A stretch of 64,000 nucleotides of DNA from Bacteroidia bacterium (GCA_030431525.1 JAUIJC010000022.1:14637-78636); one strand, 5' to 3'; shown: positions 43,083-53,753, numbered from the stretch's first letter. The notes: generated from the letters alone by a model not told the origin. A program made the numbers and translations.

Positions 43083-43688
43083 ATGAAATTCTGGTGGACA
43101 ACGCTTTTTCTCACACTTCCCCTGTACTGCATTTGGGGACAAGAAATCCCTGAAAAAAGGGGAATTTGGCCACATTATGCCCGTGCTCAGTTTGCGGGAA
43201 ACATTGGCGCAATCTCCTCAGGCATTGGCTACGCCACAAAAAAACAGCGGCTTCAGGGCGAACTATTAGTTGGCTACGTCCCCGCTTCCACCACCGATGA
43301 CCATGCCTTGGGCACCATTACCCTTAAAGGAAGATACACTCCTTGGCAACTCAACACGACCAATGAAAAATGGAGTTTTTACCCCATTGCCATCGGATTG
43401 GGAGTAAGTCAAACCATTGGTAGCGATGATTACTTCACGATTATTCAAAACCGCTATCCAAACGGCTATTATTCCCTTCCAACGGGTTTTCGAACCCTCA
43501 TGCTGTTTGAAACGCGCTTTGAACGCATTTGGGATAGGAAAAATTTTCATGGCGTGGGGGCTTATCTGGAAATGAACATTCCAGATTTTTACTTGATCAA
43601 CTACATACGCTCCCCCGAAGCAATTCCATTTGGAGACATATTCTTTTTTGGATGTGGCATCCAATGGACCTTTTGGACAAAAAAATAG
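43083..43688 (+). CDS. Hypothetical secreted/outer-membrane protein
   Basis: The ATG is immediately adjacent to the upstream stop (TAGATG). Signal peptide MKFWWTTLFLTLPLYCIWGQ, then aromatic-rich alternating segments. Confidence 0.6.
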   Translation: MKFWWTTLFLTLPLYCIWGQEIPEKRGIWPHYARAQFAGNIGAISSGIGYATKKQRLQGELLVGYVPASTTDDHALGTITLKGRYTPWQLNTTNEKWSFYPIAIGLGVSQTIGSDDYFTIIQNRYPNGYYSLPTGFRTLMLFETRFERIWDRKNFHGVGAYLEMNIPDFYLINYIRSPEAIPFGDIFFFGCGIQWTFWTKK

Positions 43689-43710
43689 GCTGCCCAAAAC
43701 TGGACAGCCT
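43679..43710 (-). terminator. Probable terminator of gene 43749..45134
   Basis: Stem TAGGCTG / CAGCCTA with extra CC/GG pairs. A-run at 43679-43685 gives a T-run on the minus strand. It overlaps the 3' end of the + gene. Confidence 0.4.
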
Positions 43711-43748
43711 AAGCGAAAGTGAAATACTTTATCAGAGTCAAGTGCTAA

Positions 43749-45134
43749 TCACTGCCCTTGCTTGGTGTAATACACTTTTAAGCGCATTGCCATGTTGCCA
43801 TGTTGGTTGGTGTCCGCATCGAACAACACCGAACGGTTCACCGTGGTGGTATTGGCATTTGGCGCAATAAACCATGATCCTTCAACGGAACCCTGCCCTG
43901 TCACCAACTGCTGGAAATAGCGCGTCAATGGGAATTTATACGCCAAGGTATCGGAATCAAATCCAAACAACTCGCTTCCTCCCAAATAGACATTATCATT
44001 ACGGATATAGGACAAGGCTGTGCCTTCCTTAATAATCTGGTTGTCACCTCCAATTCGATACATGATCAAGCTCCTAACAGGGAAATCATTAACCATTGTA
44101 TCCGTGGTCGATGGATCAACATAAGCCACCAATTCGGCACGGTTAATCACCACGCCCTCCAAGGAATCAAGAATTGATTGGAGATTAGTAACACTCACCT
44201 TGGTGCCAATTCCAGAACCAGCCTGCATATAAGCCAAGCCCGTAGAAGCAAGGACATCTCCAGAACCATTTAGTGACGAAAGTGCGGCTGAGCTTGAACG
44301 ATCAGTAATGATATTAGTTTGTCGCGCTCCAGCTGTACTGGTTTGCAATTCAAATGTGGTCGTATCCCCCTCATCATTGCGGTAGTCCAATTCCAAAGTG
44401 ATGCGGTAACTAGTGCTCAACTGACTGTTAAAACCAAAGACATGTCCGTCTGCCCCATCGGCAGCACGAAGCATCAATCCCTTAAATGTGGTCAAGAAGG
44501 TCTCTTGAGTATTGCCATTTGCAGCCGCGAGAATCTCATTGCCCAAGGCGTTGTCCAATTCAAGAACGTACTCCTCGGTAGAAGGCATAAATTCCGAAGG
44601 GGAAGAAACCACATAGTTGGTTCCATCTGTGGCTAACACATCATCCACAGTATAAATGGTAGAATCTCCAAAGTCCTCCGTCATGCGCTCCACCTCCAAA
44701 GCCATAGCCTTGGTGGTATCGCCATACACGCGCAAGTAACCTGAGCCTTGATCTACCAAAAACCTCAAACGGATGGTATCACACACAGGATTCGTCCCCA
44801 AATCTGGGGATGCAGTTACCAGTCTTGGTTGGAAAAAGGCTTTCGCCTCCACACGACCAAAAATAGGATCCACATACGCTCCCGCTTGCACCACATTGCT
44901 CGAAAGCAAGGTATTCTCAACGCCTTCTGGATAAGAGACCACCTCAACCTGTTGTTTCAAAAAATCCGTCAACAACACGGTGGAAACCTCAAGATCAAAG
45001 CTGTCCACCAAGGTAGCGTTCAGCAAATCATCCTGTGGCAATAAATCTAACCCAATGTCCGAGTCGCTTTCGCAAGAGAAAACAAAAATGGCTGATAAAA
45101 CTATCAGCCATTTTTTGGGAAAAGTATTTTTCAT
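43749..45134 (-). CDS. DUF4270-like lipoprotein
   Basis: Lipoprotein N-terminus (..SAIFVFSCESDSD). It sits directly downstream of the short glycogen-synthase-like gene, an arrangement I recall as typical for DUF4270 in Bacteroidota. Confidence 0.6.
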   Translation of the reverse strand: MKNTFPKKWLIVLSAIFVFSCESDSDIGLDLLPQDDLLNATLVDSFDLEVSTVLLTDFLKQQVEVVSYPEGVENTLLSSNVVQAGAYVDPIFGRVEAKAFFQPRLVTASPDLGTNPVCDTIRLRFLVDQGSGYLRVYGDTTKAMALEVERMTEDFGDSTIYTVDDVLATDGTNYVVSSPSEFMPSTEEYVLELDNALGNEILAAANGNTQETFLTTFKGLMLRAADGADGHVFGFNSQLSTSYRITLELDYRNDEGDTTTFELQTSTAGARQTNIITDRSSSAALSSLNGSGDVLASTGLAYMQAGSGIGTKVSVTNLQSILDSLEGVVINRAELVAYVDPSTTDTMVNDFPVRSLIMYRIGGDNQIIKEGTALSYIRNDNVYLGGSELFGFDSDTLAYKFPLTRYFQQLVTGQGSVEGSWFIAPNANTTTVNRSVLFDADTNQHGNMAMRLKVYYTKQGQ

Positions 45135-45200
45135 GGTAATGAATCAAGTACAGCGTTAAAAGCATTGAGCTTCAGCACACTGCACGTTGTACCTTTATGA

Positions 45201-46019
45201 TTACTTCTCAGCAAGTCCTTTATACATCTCAAAGTAAGTATCCAACAATTCGTCGGATGCTTCCATGGAAGTATTCTCAATCTTCTTACCCTCCGATTCC
45301 AAGTTTGCCTTCAAATCAGCATCAAGCTCGCTGTTGGCATCCAAGATAATATCAGAATAGGAAGCTCCCAACTTCACGAAGCTGGAATAGTCTGGATTTT
45401 CCAAGTCAGCCAACACAGAGTCCTCGATGGCCGACAACCTTGCACGCTCCACCAAGCTATCTTCGAACTTGTGCTCGAAGTTGTTGCCGTAAAGGGAGAA
45501 CACACACTTGGTGTTTTCGAACAATGGATCGTCCTTATAAGCTGTCTTGATGTAAAGAGGAATCAAGCTGGTCATCCAGTCATTACAGTGAATGATGTCT
45601 GGTCCCCAACCCAACTTCTTCACTGTCTCCAACACACCCTTACAGAAGAACACCGCACGCTCGTCATTGTCCGCAAAGAATTTCTCTTCCTTGTCGGTGA
45701 ACACAGCCTTGCGATGGAAATAATCATCATTGTCGATAAAATAGACTTGCAATTTGGCATTCGGAATGGAAGCCACCTTGATGGTCAATGGCTTCTGCTC
45801 TTCGCCAACGGCAATATTGATTCCCGAAAGACGAACCACTTCGTGCAAACGGTTCTTACGCTCGTTAATCAAACCAAAACGAGGAACGAGAATACGAATC
45901 TCCAAACCTCTCTCCTGCATAGCCTGAGGCAATTTCCGAACAAAGTCGGCAACCTGTGAGACCTTAAGGAACGGCTTGATTTCACTCGCAACGTAGAGCA
46001 ATCGCAATTTATCAGACAT
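45201..46019 (-). CDS. Glycogen/starch synthase-like protein (Glyco_transf_5 domain only, 272 aa)
   Basis: KLRLLYVASEIKPF..VADFVRKLPQA..EIRILVPRFG matches the starch-synthase catalytic N-domain. The C-terminal GT1 domain is absent. Confidence 0.8.
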   Translation of the reverse strand: MSDKLRLLYVASEIKPFLKVSQVADFVRKLPQAMQERGLEIRILVPRFGLINERKNRLHEVVRLSGINIAVGEEQKPLTIKVASIPNAKLQVYFIDNDDYFHRKAVFTDKEEKFFADNDERAVFFCKGVLETVKKLGWGPDIIHCNDWMTSLIPLYIKTAYKDDPLFENTKCVFSLYGNNFEHKFEDSLVERARLSAIEDSVLADLENPDYSSFVKLGASYSDIILDANSELDADLKANLESEGKKIENTSMEASDELLDTYFEMYKGLAEK

Positions 46020-46141
46020 ATTCGATTATATAAATGATGGGGAACTGGGATTTGCAAATTTCGCCTTTTTTTAGCTTAAAATCAAATCCTTACACAAGAG
46101 GGCCCTAAGCAAAAGAAAACTAACAACCTGAACACGTTGGC

Positions 46142-48364
46142 TTAACGTACCAGCTCTACCCAGCCCTTAAAGGCAGTACAGCCTTCTCCTTCACCTTTTA
46201 ACTCATAGAAATAGGTTCCAGCAGCTAAACCATCGGCTTTCCAGTCATTGGCATAATCCTCAGCGAAATAGACCAACTTGCCATAGCGATTATACACGGA
46301 AAGCTCCCATGGGCGGCTTTCAATGCCATCAATGACAAAGGCGTCATTCACTTGGTCACCATTTGGAGAGAACACATTGTAAGGCTGAACCTCAGCATAA
46401 TCCACTGAAATTTCATCCTTTGCCTCTCCGCAGATCTTTTTTCCATCGGTAGTAACAGCTACCACTTGGTATGTGCCCTTAGCGCTAACCACTTCCGAAT
46501 AAGAATCGTTCCCAGAGTTCCATTCATAGCTGGAATAGCCTTTCGGCAACAGCAATTCCATAGTTTGACCAGCGCAAAGCACCGTATCATTTCCAAGCTC
46601 TACTCGTGGCAAAGGCACGCCTGTGATCGCAACCGTATCGCTTTGCGAACATCCAGCCTCATTCTGAACATAAACTGAATACTCCCCTTCCTCCTTCACT
46701 AACAGCGAAGCCGTGGAATCGCCTGTATTCCACACATAAGTCAAGGTTGTATCATCCAAAGTCTCTAAAAGCGTGGAATCATTTTCACAGAGCAAAAAGT
46801 CTTCACCCAAATCAAATTCAGCGGGTTTTGGATAAAATTTCACCTCCGAGGCTGCATAGAGCGTATCACATCCAGCCAAAGCCACTTTCACTGAATAATC
46901 ACCAGATTCCGTCACCAAAATAGATGATTCTGAAGAGCCAGTACTCCACTCATAAAAACTCTTTCCGTAGCCTGCATCCAAATAAAGGGAATCACCTTCG
47001 CAGCCTGTCACATAAGGAGGCAATTCAAGCGAGGCAAAGTTGGAGAAATAGCCAAAACGGCTGCCCAGTCGCTTTCCGTCATCGAATAGCACCAAACCCA
47101 AGTGAAACTCGCTTTTCACATTATCAATAAAAACCTGCTCGTCGCCTCCAACTGGGAAATCAAGTGTGGCATACAACCACTCCCCATTTGAACCTGCCAC
47201 AGGCTCAAAGTCTTCACCATTGATGATATCGAATCGCCCATTGAAGTAAAAGCAACATTCAGAACCCGAACGCACCAATAATCGAAGCTCATACGGCTCC
47301 CGTTTATCTCGTGTAAAAGCAACAGCTTTGGAACCTGTACATGGTGCAGGAGGCAGAATTGCACCGCCTAATTCCTTCGTCTTTCCTGAGCCCACATAGG
47401 TCACCTGAAAAACATAAATCGGCTTATCAGCAACCACTTGCATTGCCTGATAGGCATCATAAAAAACAGTTTGCCCCTGATTGGCGACTACCGTATCCCC
47501 TCCTCCAAAAATGATTTCTGTATTGTCTTCGACAGGAAGAACAAACACTTCACCTTCTCCTACCACATACTCCTCACCCAACAAGCGTACAGGAATCAAC
47601 TGGTCGCCCACTAAATCATAGGAAGTGCTACTACCAACAGAATCATCGCTGATAGAAACAGCCACGGGTTTATCCGACTCAATTTTAGTCCCCGAGGGAT
47701 GGCCTTCAGCCGATTTCTCCAAGGACTGTCCAGTATAAACCTCTCCCTTATTTAAAGTCACTTGATAAGGAACTCCCGCAGGATGACCGTCCAAGGCCTT
47801 TGAGGGTGTAATGGTTAATGTCGTATTGTCCTCAGTCGCCACCACCGTAAACCACGCCCAAGCACCATAAAGCGGCCCCCAATCCGTGACAGCGATGTTA
47901 TCATACTTGTTTTGGAAAGGCAGGAAAAATGTATTGCCCAAAGCGTTTTGCCCCTTCAGGGCATAAATCTCAGAGTTCACAGTACCATACGGCCCTGTAC
48001 CTTTCACCTCGTAATAGGCTGAAATCTCCGCTGTGGAACTGATTTTCAATCCAGATGGCACTACGGCATTAGCCTCGCCATTTTCAATGATGTCAATCCA
48101 CGGCGTTAGGTCAATGGTTCCAAAAGAAAAATCCTTCAGAGAAATCTTCAAAGGTATAAATGACGGATTAGCTGGCTGGGAAACAACCACATCCGCATAA
48201 CGATCAAAAGTGGAAAAATGCAAGAGAATCGGCCTATCAGCATGCCCTGATGTTACTTCTGGTGCAGCAAACCAAAACTCACAGTCGATTTGGGCCTGAA
48301 GGAACAGTGGAAAAATCAGCAGAAATAAGAATAGAACTTTCTTCACAGGAACGGATGTAAGCAT
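46142..48364 (-). CDS. T9SS type-B C-terminal sorting domain protein (N-terminal IgGFc-binding-like beta-helix region)
   Basis: Signal peptide. N-terminus CEFWFAAPEVTSGHADRPILLHFST... C-terminus FSPNGDQVNDAFVI..LSVYNRWGKLVY-type (..YNRYGKLVYF..W..DG...GTYFYEL) is the type-B CTD. Confidence 0.85.
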   Translation of the reverse strand: MLTSVPVKKVLFLFLLIFPLFLQAQIDCEFWFAAPEVTSGHADRPILLHFSTFDRYADVVVSQPANPSFIPLKISLKDFSFGTIDLTPWIDIIENGEANAVVPSGLKISSTAEISAYYEVKGTGPYGTVNSEIYALKGQNALGNTFFLPFQNKYDNIAVTDWGPLYGAWAWFTVVATEDNTTLTITPSKALDGHPAGVPYQVTLNKGEVYTGQSLEKSAEGHPSGTKIESDKPVAVSISDDSVGSSTSYDLVGDQLIPVRLLGEEYVVGEGEVFVLPVEDNTEIIFGGGDTVVANQGQTVFYDAYQAMQVVADKPIYVFQVTYVGSGKTKELGGAILPPAPCTGSKAVAFTRDKREPYELRLLVRSGSECCFYFNGRFDIINGEDFEPVAGSNGEWLYATLDFPVGGDEQVFIDNVKSEFHLGLVLFDDGKRLGSRFGYFSNFASLELPPYVTGCEGDSLYLDAGYGKSFYEWSTGSSESSILVTESGDYSVKVALAGCDTLYAASEVKFYPKPAEFDLGEDFLLCENDSTLLETLDDTTLTYVWNTGDSTASLLVKEEGEYSVYVQNEAGCSQSDTVAITGVPLPRVELGNDTVLCAGQTMELLLPKGYSSYEWNSGNDSYSEVVSAKGTYQVVAVTTDGKKICGEAKDEISVDYAEVQPYNVFSPNGDQVNDAFVIDGIESRPWELSVYNRYGKLVYFAEDYANDWKADGLAAGTYFYELKGEGEGCTAFKGWVELVR

Positions 48365-48473
48365 TCCCTAAAGATAAGTGTTTTACAAGTATTTGAATTC
48401 CTACCTTCTGTGAATCAAGACATAGAATCGACCAAACCCCAGTTTTTAAGGATAAACCAAATTTCTAAACCAC

Positions 48474-48788
48474 TCATCGATGCCTCAACACCGAATGAAA
48501 AACAAGCAATGGCAGAAGGAAAAAGAAGGATCCAATCCCCATGGCCACAACAAGCGCCAATGATGCATGGACAATCCAACTTTTTAGATCCTCTGAGGCA
48601 ATCACATTATACCCTGTAATGGCCAAGGATATATAAACCAAGATGCTTGGGAACACTCCCAAGCCCCAAAAAATCACGTGGCGGAATTCAGAAAGAAGCC
48701 TAATCTTTCTGACCACAATCCCCAGTAGAATCACCCATACGATGGGGGCTACAAACAACAACAAAGGAGCAAAAGCGAATATACCCAT
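48474..48788 (-). CDS. Small integral membrane protein (hypothetical)
   Basis: ATG at 48788, with three to four hydrophobic helices. No family recognised. Confidence 0.5.
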   Translation of the reverse strand: MGIFAFAPLLLFVAPIVWVILLGIVVRKIRLLSEFRHVIFWGLGVFPSILVYISLAITGYNVIASEDLKSWIVHASLALVVAMGIGSFFFLLPLLVFHSVLRHR

Positions 48789-48911
48789 GACTGAAAGGGA
48801 AATGGGATTGACATAACATTTTGGCTGAACTCACTTATTGAGTCGACCTATTGCTATGAAAACGCTGATGACCTTCTAAGATTGCTAAAATTACATCTGA
48901 GAAATAAACCC

Positions 48912-48970
48912 AAAAAGCGAAAATAGCCCTGACAGGTTTTGGAAACCAATCAGGGCTATTTTCGCTTTTT
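48912..48970 (-). terminator. Rho-independent terminator with a 21-bp perfect stem
   Basis: AAAAAGCGAAAATAGCCCTGA / TCAGGGCTATTTTCGCTTTTT with a 17-nt loop, starting 13 nt after the stop of the minus-strand gene. T-run on the minus strand. Confidence 0.85.
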
Positions 48971-48982
48971 AATTTATCCACC

Positions 48983-51901
48983 TCACTTCAACGCCCCCCA
49001 AAGCACCTCAACAGGGTGCAAGGCTTGGCGCTGGGTGCCGTCCTTGATTTGATGGCGGCAAGAAGTTCCCGTAGCGGCAATAATCGTATCCTCTGAAGCA
49101 GAACGAACAGCTGGGAAAACCACCAACTCTCCAATCTGCATGGAAACCTCATAGTTCTTGGCCTCATAGCCGAAGGAACCAGACATGCCACAACATCCAG
49201 AATTAATCACTTCCACCTCATAATTCGCTGGCAAGGCCATCAAATCACGGGAATCGTTCACCGAAGACAAGGCCTTCTGGTGACAGTGGCCATGCAACTT
49301 GATTTTCTTCGGCTCCTGCGTGAAGTCCTCAGCTGTGATGTTTCCTGCCTTGATTTCTTGCGCCAAGAACTCGTCAATCAACAAGGCATTCTTGGATAAT
49401 TCCTCAGCGGAAGCCTTGTCTTCCACAAGTTTTGGATACTCGTCACGGAAGGAAAGAATCGCCGAAGGCTCCACACCAATCAAAGGCGTATCAGCAGAAA
49501 CCTTATCCTTCAACATCGCCACGTTCTTCTCAGCAATTTCCTTGGCATAGCGCAAGAAACCTTTGGACATGGCTGGTCGGCCACTCTCCTCGTGCTTCGG
49601 CATTTCTACCTCATAACCCAATTTGAGCAACAACTTGATGGCAATCATACCGATCGGCACATCATTATAGTTCATCACCTCATCGGCAAAGAACATAACC
49701 TTGCCACGGCTGGTAGCGCCACGCTCCAAGCGGTCAGCGTTTTTCTTGAACCAATCACGCAAGGTTTCTTTATGCAACAATGGCAACTCACGCTTTGGGT
49801 GAATATTCATCACCTGCTTGATGATGCTATTCACCACAGGCATTTTTGCCCCGAGGTTGAACGCCCAAGGAATTTTGGAGAAAATCTTGTTCGTCTCCGC
49901 CACCTTGGCAATCATCTTATCCGATAGGCGAGCGCCGTTAGCGTCATTGTAGTGTTGTAAGAATTCGGACTTCATCGCAGCCACATCCACATTGGACGGA
50001 CAATCCGACTTACAACCTTTACATCCCAAACAGAGGGACATCACATCCTTCAGCTCCTCATTGTCAAACTTGTTCGCTTTGGTGGAATTGGTCAATACCT
50101 CACGCAACAGGTTTGCACGTCCACGCGTGGTGTGTTGCTCATCCTTGGTGGCCATGTAGCTCGGACACATCGTTCCGCCAGAAATATGCGTACGACGGCA
50201 AACGCCAGTTCCGTTACATTTCTCGGCCATGCGAAGAATACCGTCCGTCTCAGAGAAATCAAGCACGGTTTCCACCTCTGGGGTGACCATGTCCGCCTCG
50301 TAGCGCAGGAACTCATTCATCGGTGGCGCATCAACAACCTTCCCTGGGTTGAAGATATTCCACGGATCCCACGCCTTCTTGACAGATTTCACCAAGGCGT
50401 AGTTACGCTCGCCAATCATTTTTTCAACGAATGGCGCACGCACCCGACCGTCACCATGCTCTGAGGACATGGAACCTTGATATTGCTTAACAAGCGTTGC
50501 AACGTCGTCGGTAATCTTGAAAAACAGCTCGCGATCCTCTGATTTTTTCAAATCTAGGATAGGGCGCAAGTGAATGGTACCATCACCGGCATGGGCGTAA
50601 TAAATACTCTGTTTTCCATAACCTTCCATGATTTTATCGAATCCATCGATGAAATCTGGCAAGTCATCCGTATCCACACAGGTGTCTTCGATACAAGCAA
50701 CACCCTTTGGATCACCTGGAATATTGGCCAAAAGGCCTAAACCTGCCTTACGCAAGTCCCATACTTTCTTTGTTTCCGCCCCCCAAATCACAGGGAAAGC
50801 GTAACCGAGCCCCTTTTCCTTACATTCGGAAACTACCTTTTCAATCAAGGCCTCAATCTCCTCCTTGGTGTCGCGCTCCCACTCCACACAAAGGACACCA
50901 GCAGGATCACCCTCCACAAAGAAGCGGTTGGCGTTCTGCTCGCGGTTGCCTTTCGTGCAATCCAAAATCACCTTGTCCATCAACTCAGAGGCACCAGGAT
51001 TTTGTTTCAAGGCAACAATGTTCGCTTTGAGCGACTTATTAATACTTTCAGAATGGATGGCCAATACCGCCTTCTCTTTCGGAGGCAAGTCCACCAAATT
51101 GATTTTTATCTCGGTTGTAAAGGCCAAAGTTCCTTCGGAGCCCGCCAACAACTTACAGAAGTTGAAATGCTCTTTGCCTTCGGTAAACGGCTCGCTCTCC
51201 AATAACACGTCGATTGCGTAACCTGTATTACGACGATTAATGGAAGGTTTTGGAAACTCTTTACGAATCTCAGCCGTGTTCTCCTCATCATTGAGCATCT
51301 CACGGAAGTGACGATAGATTTGGTTCTCCAAGGTCTCGCCCTCACACTTGTCTGCAAACTCCTCCTTGGAAATTTCCTTGAAAAGCACCTCAGAACCATC
51401 GGCCAGCAAGGTGTTCAACTCCAACAGGTGATCCCTTGTCGTGCCGTAAATCACGGAATGGGACCCACAGGAGTTGTTGCCCACCATACCGCCAATCATG
51501 CATCGGTTAGAGGTCGAAGTCTCTGGCGCAAAAAATAATCCGTACGGCTTCAGGTATTTGTTCAGGTCATCACGAATCACCCCAGGTTGCACGCGCACCC
51601 ACTTTTCTTCCTTATTCACCTCGAGGACATTGGTCATGTAACGCGATACATCGACCACAATGCCAGAACCCACTACTTGCCCAGCCAATGAGGTTCCTGC
51701 CGTCCGTGGAATCAGCGAGGTGCCAGTCTCACGGGCAAACGCAATTAACTTCTTAATGTCTTCCTCATGACGAGGACGAGCAACCGCCAAGGGCATCTCA
51801 CGATAGACCGACGCATCTGTCGCATAGAGGGTCCGCTGGAAATGGTCCGTATAGAAATCCCCCTCCAAGGAGGCTTTCAATTCATTGAGTTTGGCAAGCA
51901 T
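48983..51901 (-). CDS. FAD-binding and (Fe-S)-binding oxidoreductase (GlcD/GlcF-fusion, YdiJ-like 2-hydroxyacid dehydrogenase family)
   Basis: FAD_binding_4 N-terminus (..RPRHEEDIKKLI..IPRTAGTSLAGQ..). Ferredoxin-type clusters are present (CNGTGVCRR.., CLGCKGCKSDCP), with C-terminal CCG-type cysteines. 972 aa. Confidence 0.85.
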   Translation of the reverse strand: MLAKLNELKASLEGDFYTDHFQRTLYATDASVYREMPLAVARPRHEEDIKKLIAFARETGTSLIPRTAGTSLAGQVVGSGIVVDVSRYMTNVLEVNKEEKWVRVQPGVIRDDLNKYLKPYGLFFAPETSTSNRCMIGGMVGNNSCGSHSVIYGTTRDHLLELNTLLADGSEVLFKEISKEEFADKCEGETLENQIYRHFREMLNDEENTAEIRKEFPKPSINRRNTGYAIDVLLESEPFTEGKEHFNFCKLLAGSEGTLAFTTEIKINLVDLPPKEKAVLAIHSESINKSLKANIVALKQNPGASELMDKVILDCTKGNREQNANRFFVEGDPAGVLCVEWERDTKEEIEALIEKVVSECKEKGLGYAFPVIWGAETKKVWDLRKAGLGLLANIPGDPKGVACIEDTCVDTDDLPDFIDGFDKIMEGYGKQSIYYAHAGDGTIHLRPILDLKKSEDRELFFKITDDVATLVKQYQGSMSSEHGDGRVRAPFVEKMIGERNYALVKSVKKAWDPWNIFNPGKVVDAPPMNEFLRYEADMVTPEVETVLDFSETDGILRMAEKCNGTGVCRRTHISGGTMCPSYMATKDEQHTTRGRANLLREVLTNSTKANKFDNEELKDVMSLCLGCKGCKSDCPSNVDVAAMKSEFLQHYNDANGARLSDKMIAKVAETNKIFSKIPWAFNLGAKMPVVNSIIKQVMNIHPKRELPLLHKETLRDWFKKNADRLERGATSRGKVMFFADEVMNYNDVPIGMIAIKLLLKLGYEVEMPKHEESGRPAMSKGFLRYAKEIAEKNVAMLKDKVSADTPLIGVEPSAILSFRDEYPKLVEDKASAEELSKNALLIDEFLAQEIKAGNITAEDFTQEPKKIKLHGHCHQKALSSVNDSRDLMALPANYEVEVINSGCCGMSGSFGYEAKNYEVSMQIGELVVFPAVRSASEDTIIAATGTSCRHQIKDGTQRQALHPVEVLWGALK

Positions 51902-52247
51902 AAGGTGTGTTCAGTGTTTTCACACGAAGTAAAGATTAACGCAAAGATACGTAGAACACCACAAAGGGTGTCCAATGTTAAATATTTGGGATTACTGCCT
52001 GAAAATCTGACATTTACTTTTTTATTGCCTAACTTATATTTTATTACGTACCAATAAACTGTAACTGACGTAAGAGAAGTTTTGATTTTCTTGCATCCCA
52101 AGCATTTCCCATCCCGTATATGGTTAATGACGGCACATATTTCGCATTTCGACAAATAGATTACTCATTTACAAGAGTTTTCGTATATTCGTTGAGTGTT
52201 TACTTTTCCGCACGTCAGTTCCACTTTAAAACAATTTTTTAGGAGCG

Positions 52248-53699
52248 ATGTCCAAATTAAAGAACTTGATAAATCAGCTCTCGGACAACGAGCTGAAGTC
52301 CATACATAAGTCACTTCTTGAAAGTGACGCCAAAAAATCTGCTGAACTTCTCAAGCATTTTCGGGAGAACTCATTGAACGATGACGAAATCAAGCGCATC
52401 ATCAATGTGAACAACAACGCCTTTTACACACTGCGTTCCCGCTTGAATGAGAAAATTGAGAGTTTTTTCCTTCAGCAAATGGAGAGCCCACGAACCACAC
52501 TGCTCAAGCAGGTGGCCAGTGTAAATGAAATTGTCCTTTCTAAGAAAAAGACGATTGCCATCGCCACGCTCAAAAAGTTGGAGAAAGAATTGGCCAATTA
52601 TGACCTTTCCAACGAATTGACCTTGGTGTATAAGGCGCTGAAAAAACTCAAGCAACACAGCCCAGACTACTACGAGTACTCACAGCTCTACAACCGACAC
52701 GTCGCCTATATGTTGGCCGTGGACAAGGTTGAGGATATGCTGGCGACCTACTTCGCAAAGTTTGGCAACCAATGGATGCTCAACGACGAGTCTGAAAAAA
52801 TGAGCCTTTCGCTCATCAAGGACGAGTTGGACAGCACCCGAAATCTCTACAAGTCACACCGCCTCACCATCTACTACAACTGCTGTGCGATTTTCCACAG
52901 GCTGTTCGTAGAGCCTTTTGAGGACCAAGAGGAAGCCAAAACGTATTTCGAAACCACCTTCAACGAAATCAAGGAGATTTTCGAAACCTACAGCTTGGAC
53001 ACCATTTACCACAACCTCCAGTACGTGTTCCGCTACTTGGAAATGCTGTACCATTACAAAATGGGCAACTTCAGCAAGGTGGATAAATGCATCGATGACT
53101 TGAACCCAGTTTCGAACCTATTGATTTCAAACTACTCTCTATACACGGCTCCAGCATCCTTCCTTCGGGTAAAACTGGAACGCTACCTCGCTTTGGGATT
53201 GAAAGAGGAATTGGCCGAAGAAAACGAAAAGTTCTTCGACGAATTGGACATCGACCCGAACGATATTCCAAACTACACTTCTTACATGGGGTTCCGCGGT
53301 TTGGCCTGTCACTACAGCGGTAGATATGAGGAAGGCATCAAGTGGCTAGAAGAGTTGTTGGAGGTACACAACCTCAAGGGTCAAAACCAGACCCAAATCG
53401 ATATCAAGCTGCTTTTATCCTTCATGTACTTGAAAATGGGCAACGAGAAGGAAACAATTTCCCTCATCAATAACGTCCAGCGCCAAATCCGATTATTGGA
53501 CAAGGACAACTGCCCGCATTCGTACCTCTTCATGAAGGTTATCAAAGCGGCTATCGCCGATTTGACACCAGACAAAAAAGAACGTAAACTGGCCAACTAC
53601 ATCAGCAAATTTGCTGAGCAAGAGCGTCCATTCTGCTCTCCATTGAAAAACCTACGTGTAGAAATGGAAGACTTTGCCATTGTGATGGCAGTTTCGTAA
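52248..53699 (+). CDS. Hypothetical all-helical (TPR-like) protein, 483 aa
   Basis: ATG at 52248 after a 346-bp AT-rich spacer. Helical-repeat character (..YYEYSQLYNRHVAYML.., ..GRYEEGIKWLEELL..). No catalytic or DNA-binding motif I can name. Confidence 0.6.
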   Translation: MSKLKNLINQLSDNELKSIHKSLLESDAKKSAELLKHFRENSLNDDEIKRIINVNNNAFYTLRSRLNEKIESFFLQQMESPRTTLLKQVASVNEIVLSKKKTIAIATLKKLEKELANYDLSNELTLVYKALKKLKQHSPDYYEYSQLYNRHVAYMLAVDKVEDMLATYFAKFGNQWMLNDESEKMSLSLIKDELDSTRNLYKSHRLTIYYNCCAIFHRLFVEPFEDQEEAKTYFETTFNEIKEIFETYSLDTIYHNLQYVFRYLEMLYHYKMGNFSKVDKCIDDLNPVSNLLISNYSLYTAPASFLRVKLERYLALGLKEELAEENEKFFDELDIDPNDIPNYTSYMGFRGLACHYSGRYEEGIKWLEELLEVHNLKGQNQTQIDIKLLLSFMYLKMGNEKETISLINNVQRQIRLLDKDNCPHSYLFMKVIKAAIADLTPDKKERKLANYISKFAEQERPFCSPLKNLRVEMEDFAIVMAVS

Positions 53700-53715
53700 G
53701 CACGATACAAAACCA

Positions 53716-53753
53716 GAAAAGCCCCTCTTAGTGAAAATTAAGAGGGGCTTTTC
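53716..53753. terminator. Bidirectional rho-independent terminator
   Basis: GAAAAGCCCCTCTTA / TAAGAGGGGCTTTTC with an 8-nt loop, between convergent genes. Confidence 0.85.

Noticed and set aside
51877-52155. 92-aa ORF beginning MSKCEICAVINHIRDGKCLGC (CxxC..CxxC, zinc-ribbon-like) in the AT-rich spacer
   Set aside because: The start codon is TTG. After the first ~25 codons the translation is AT-rich low-complexity, and the ORF overlaps the start of the YdiJ-like gene. Two CxxC pairs can arise by chance. I keep it as spurious unless homologues are found.
52059-52220. Inverted 9-nt pair AACTGACGT / ACGTCAGTT as an operator
   Set aside because: The two halves are about 150 bp apart, and a 9-nt match in an AT-rich spacer is within chance expectation. 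I mention it only as a detail in the finding on this spacer.
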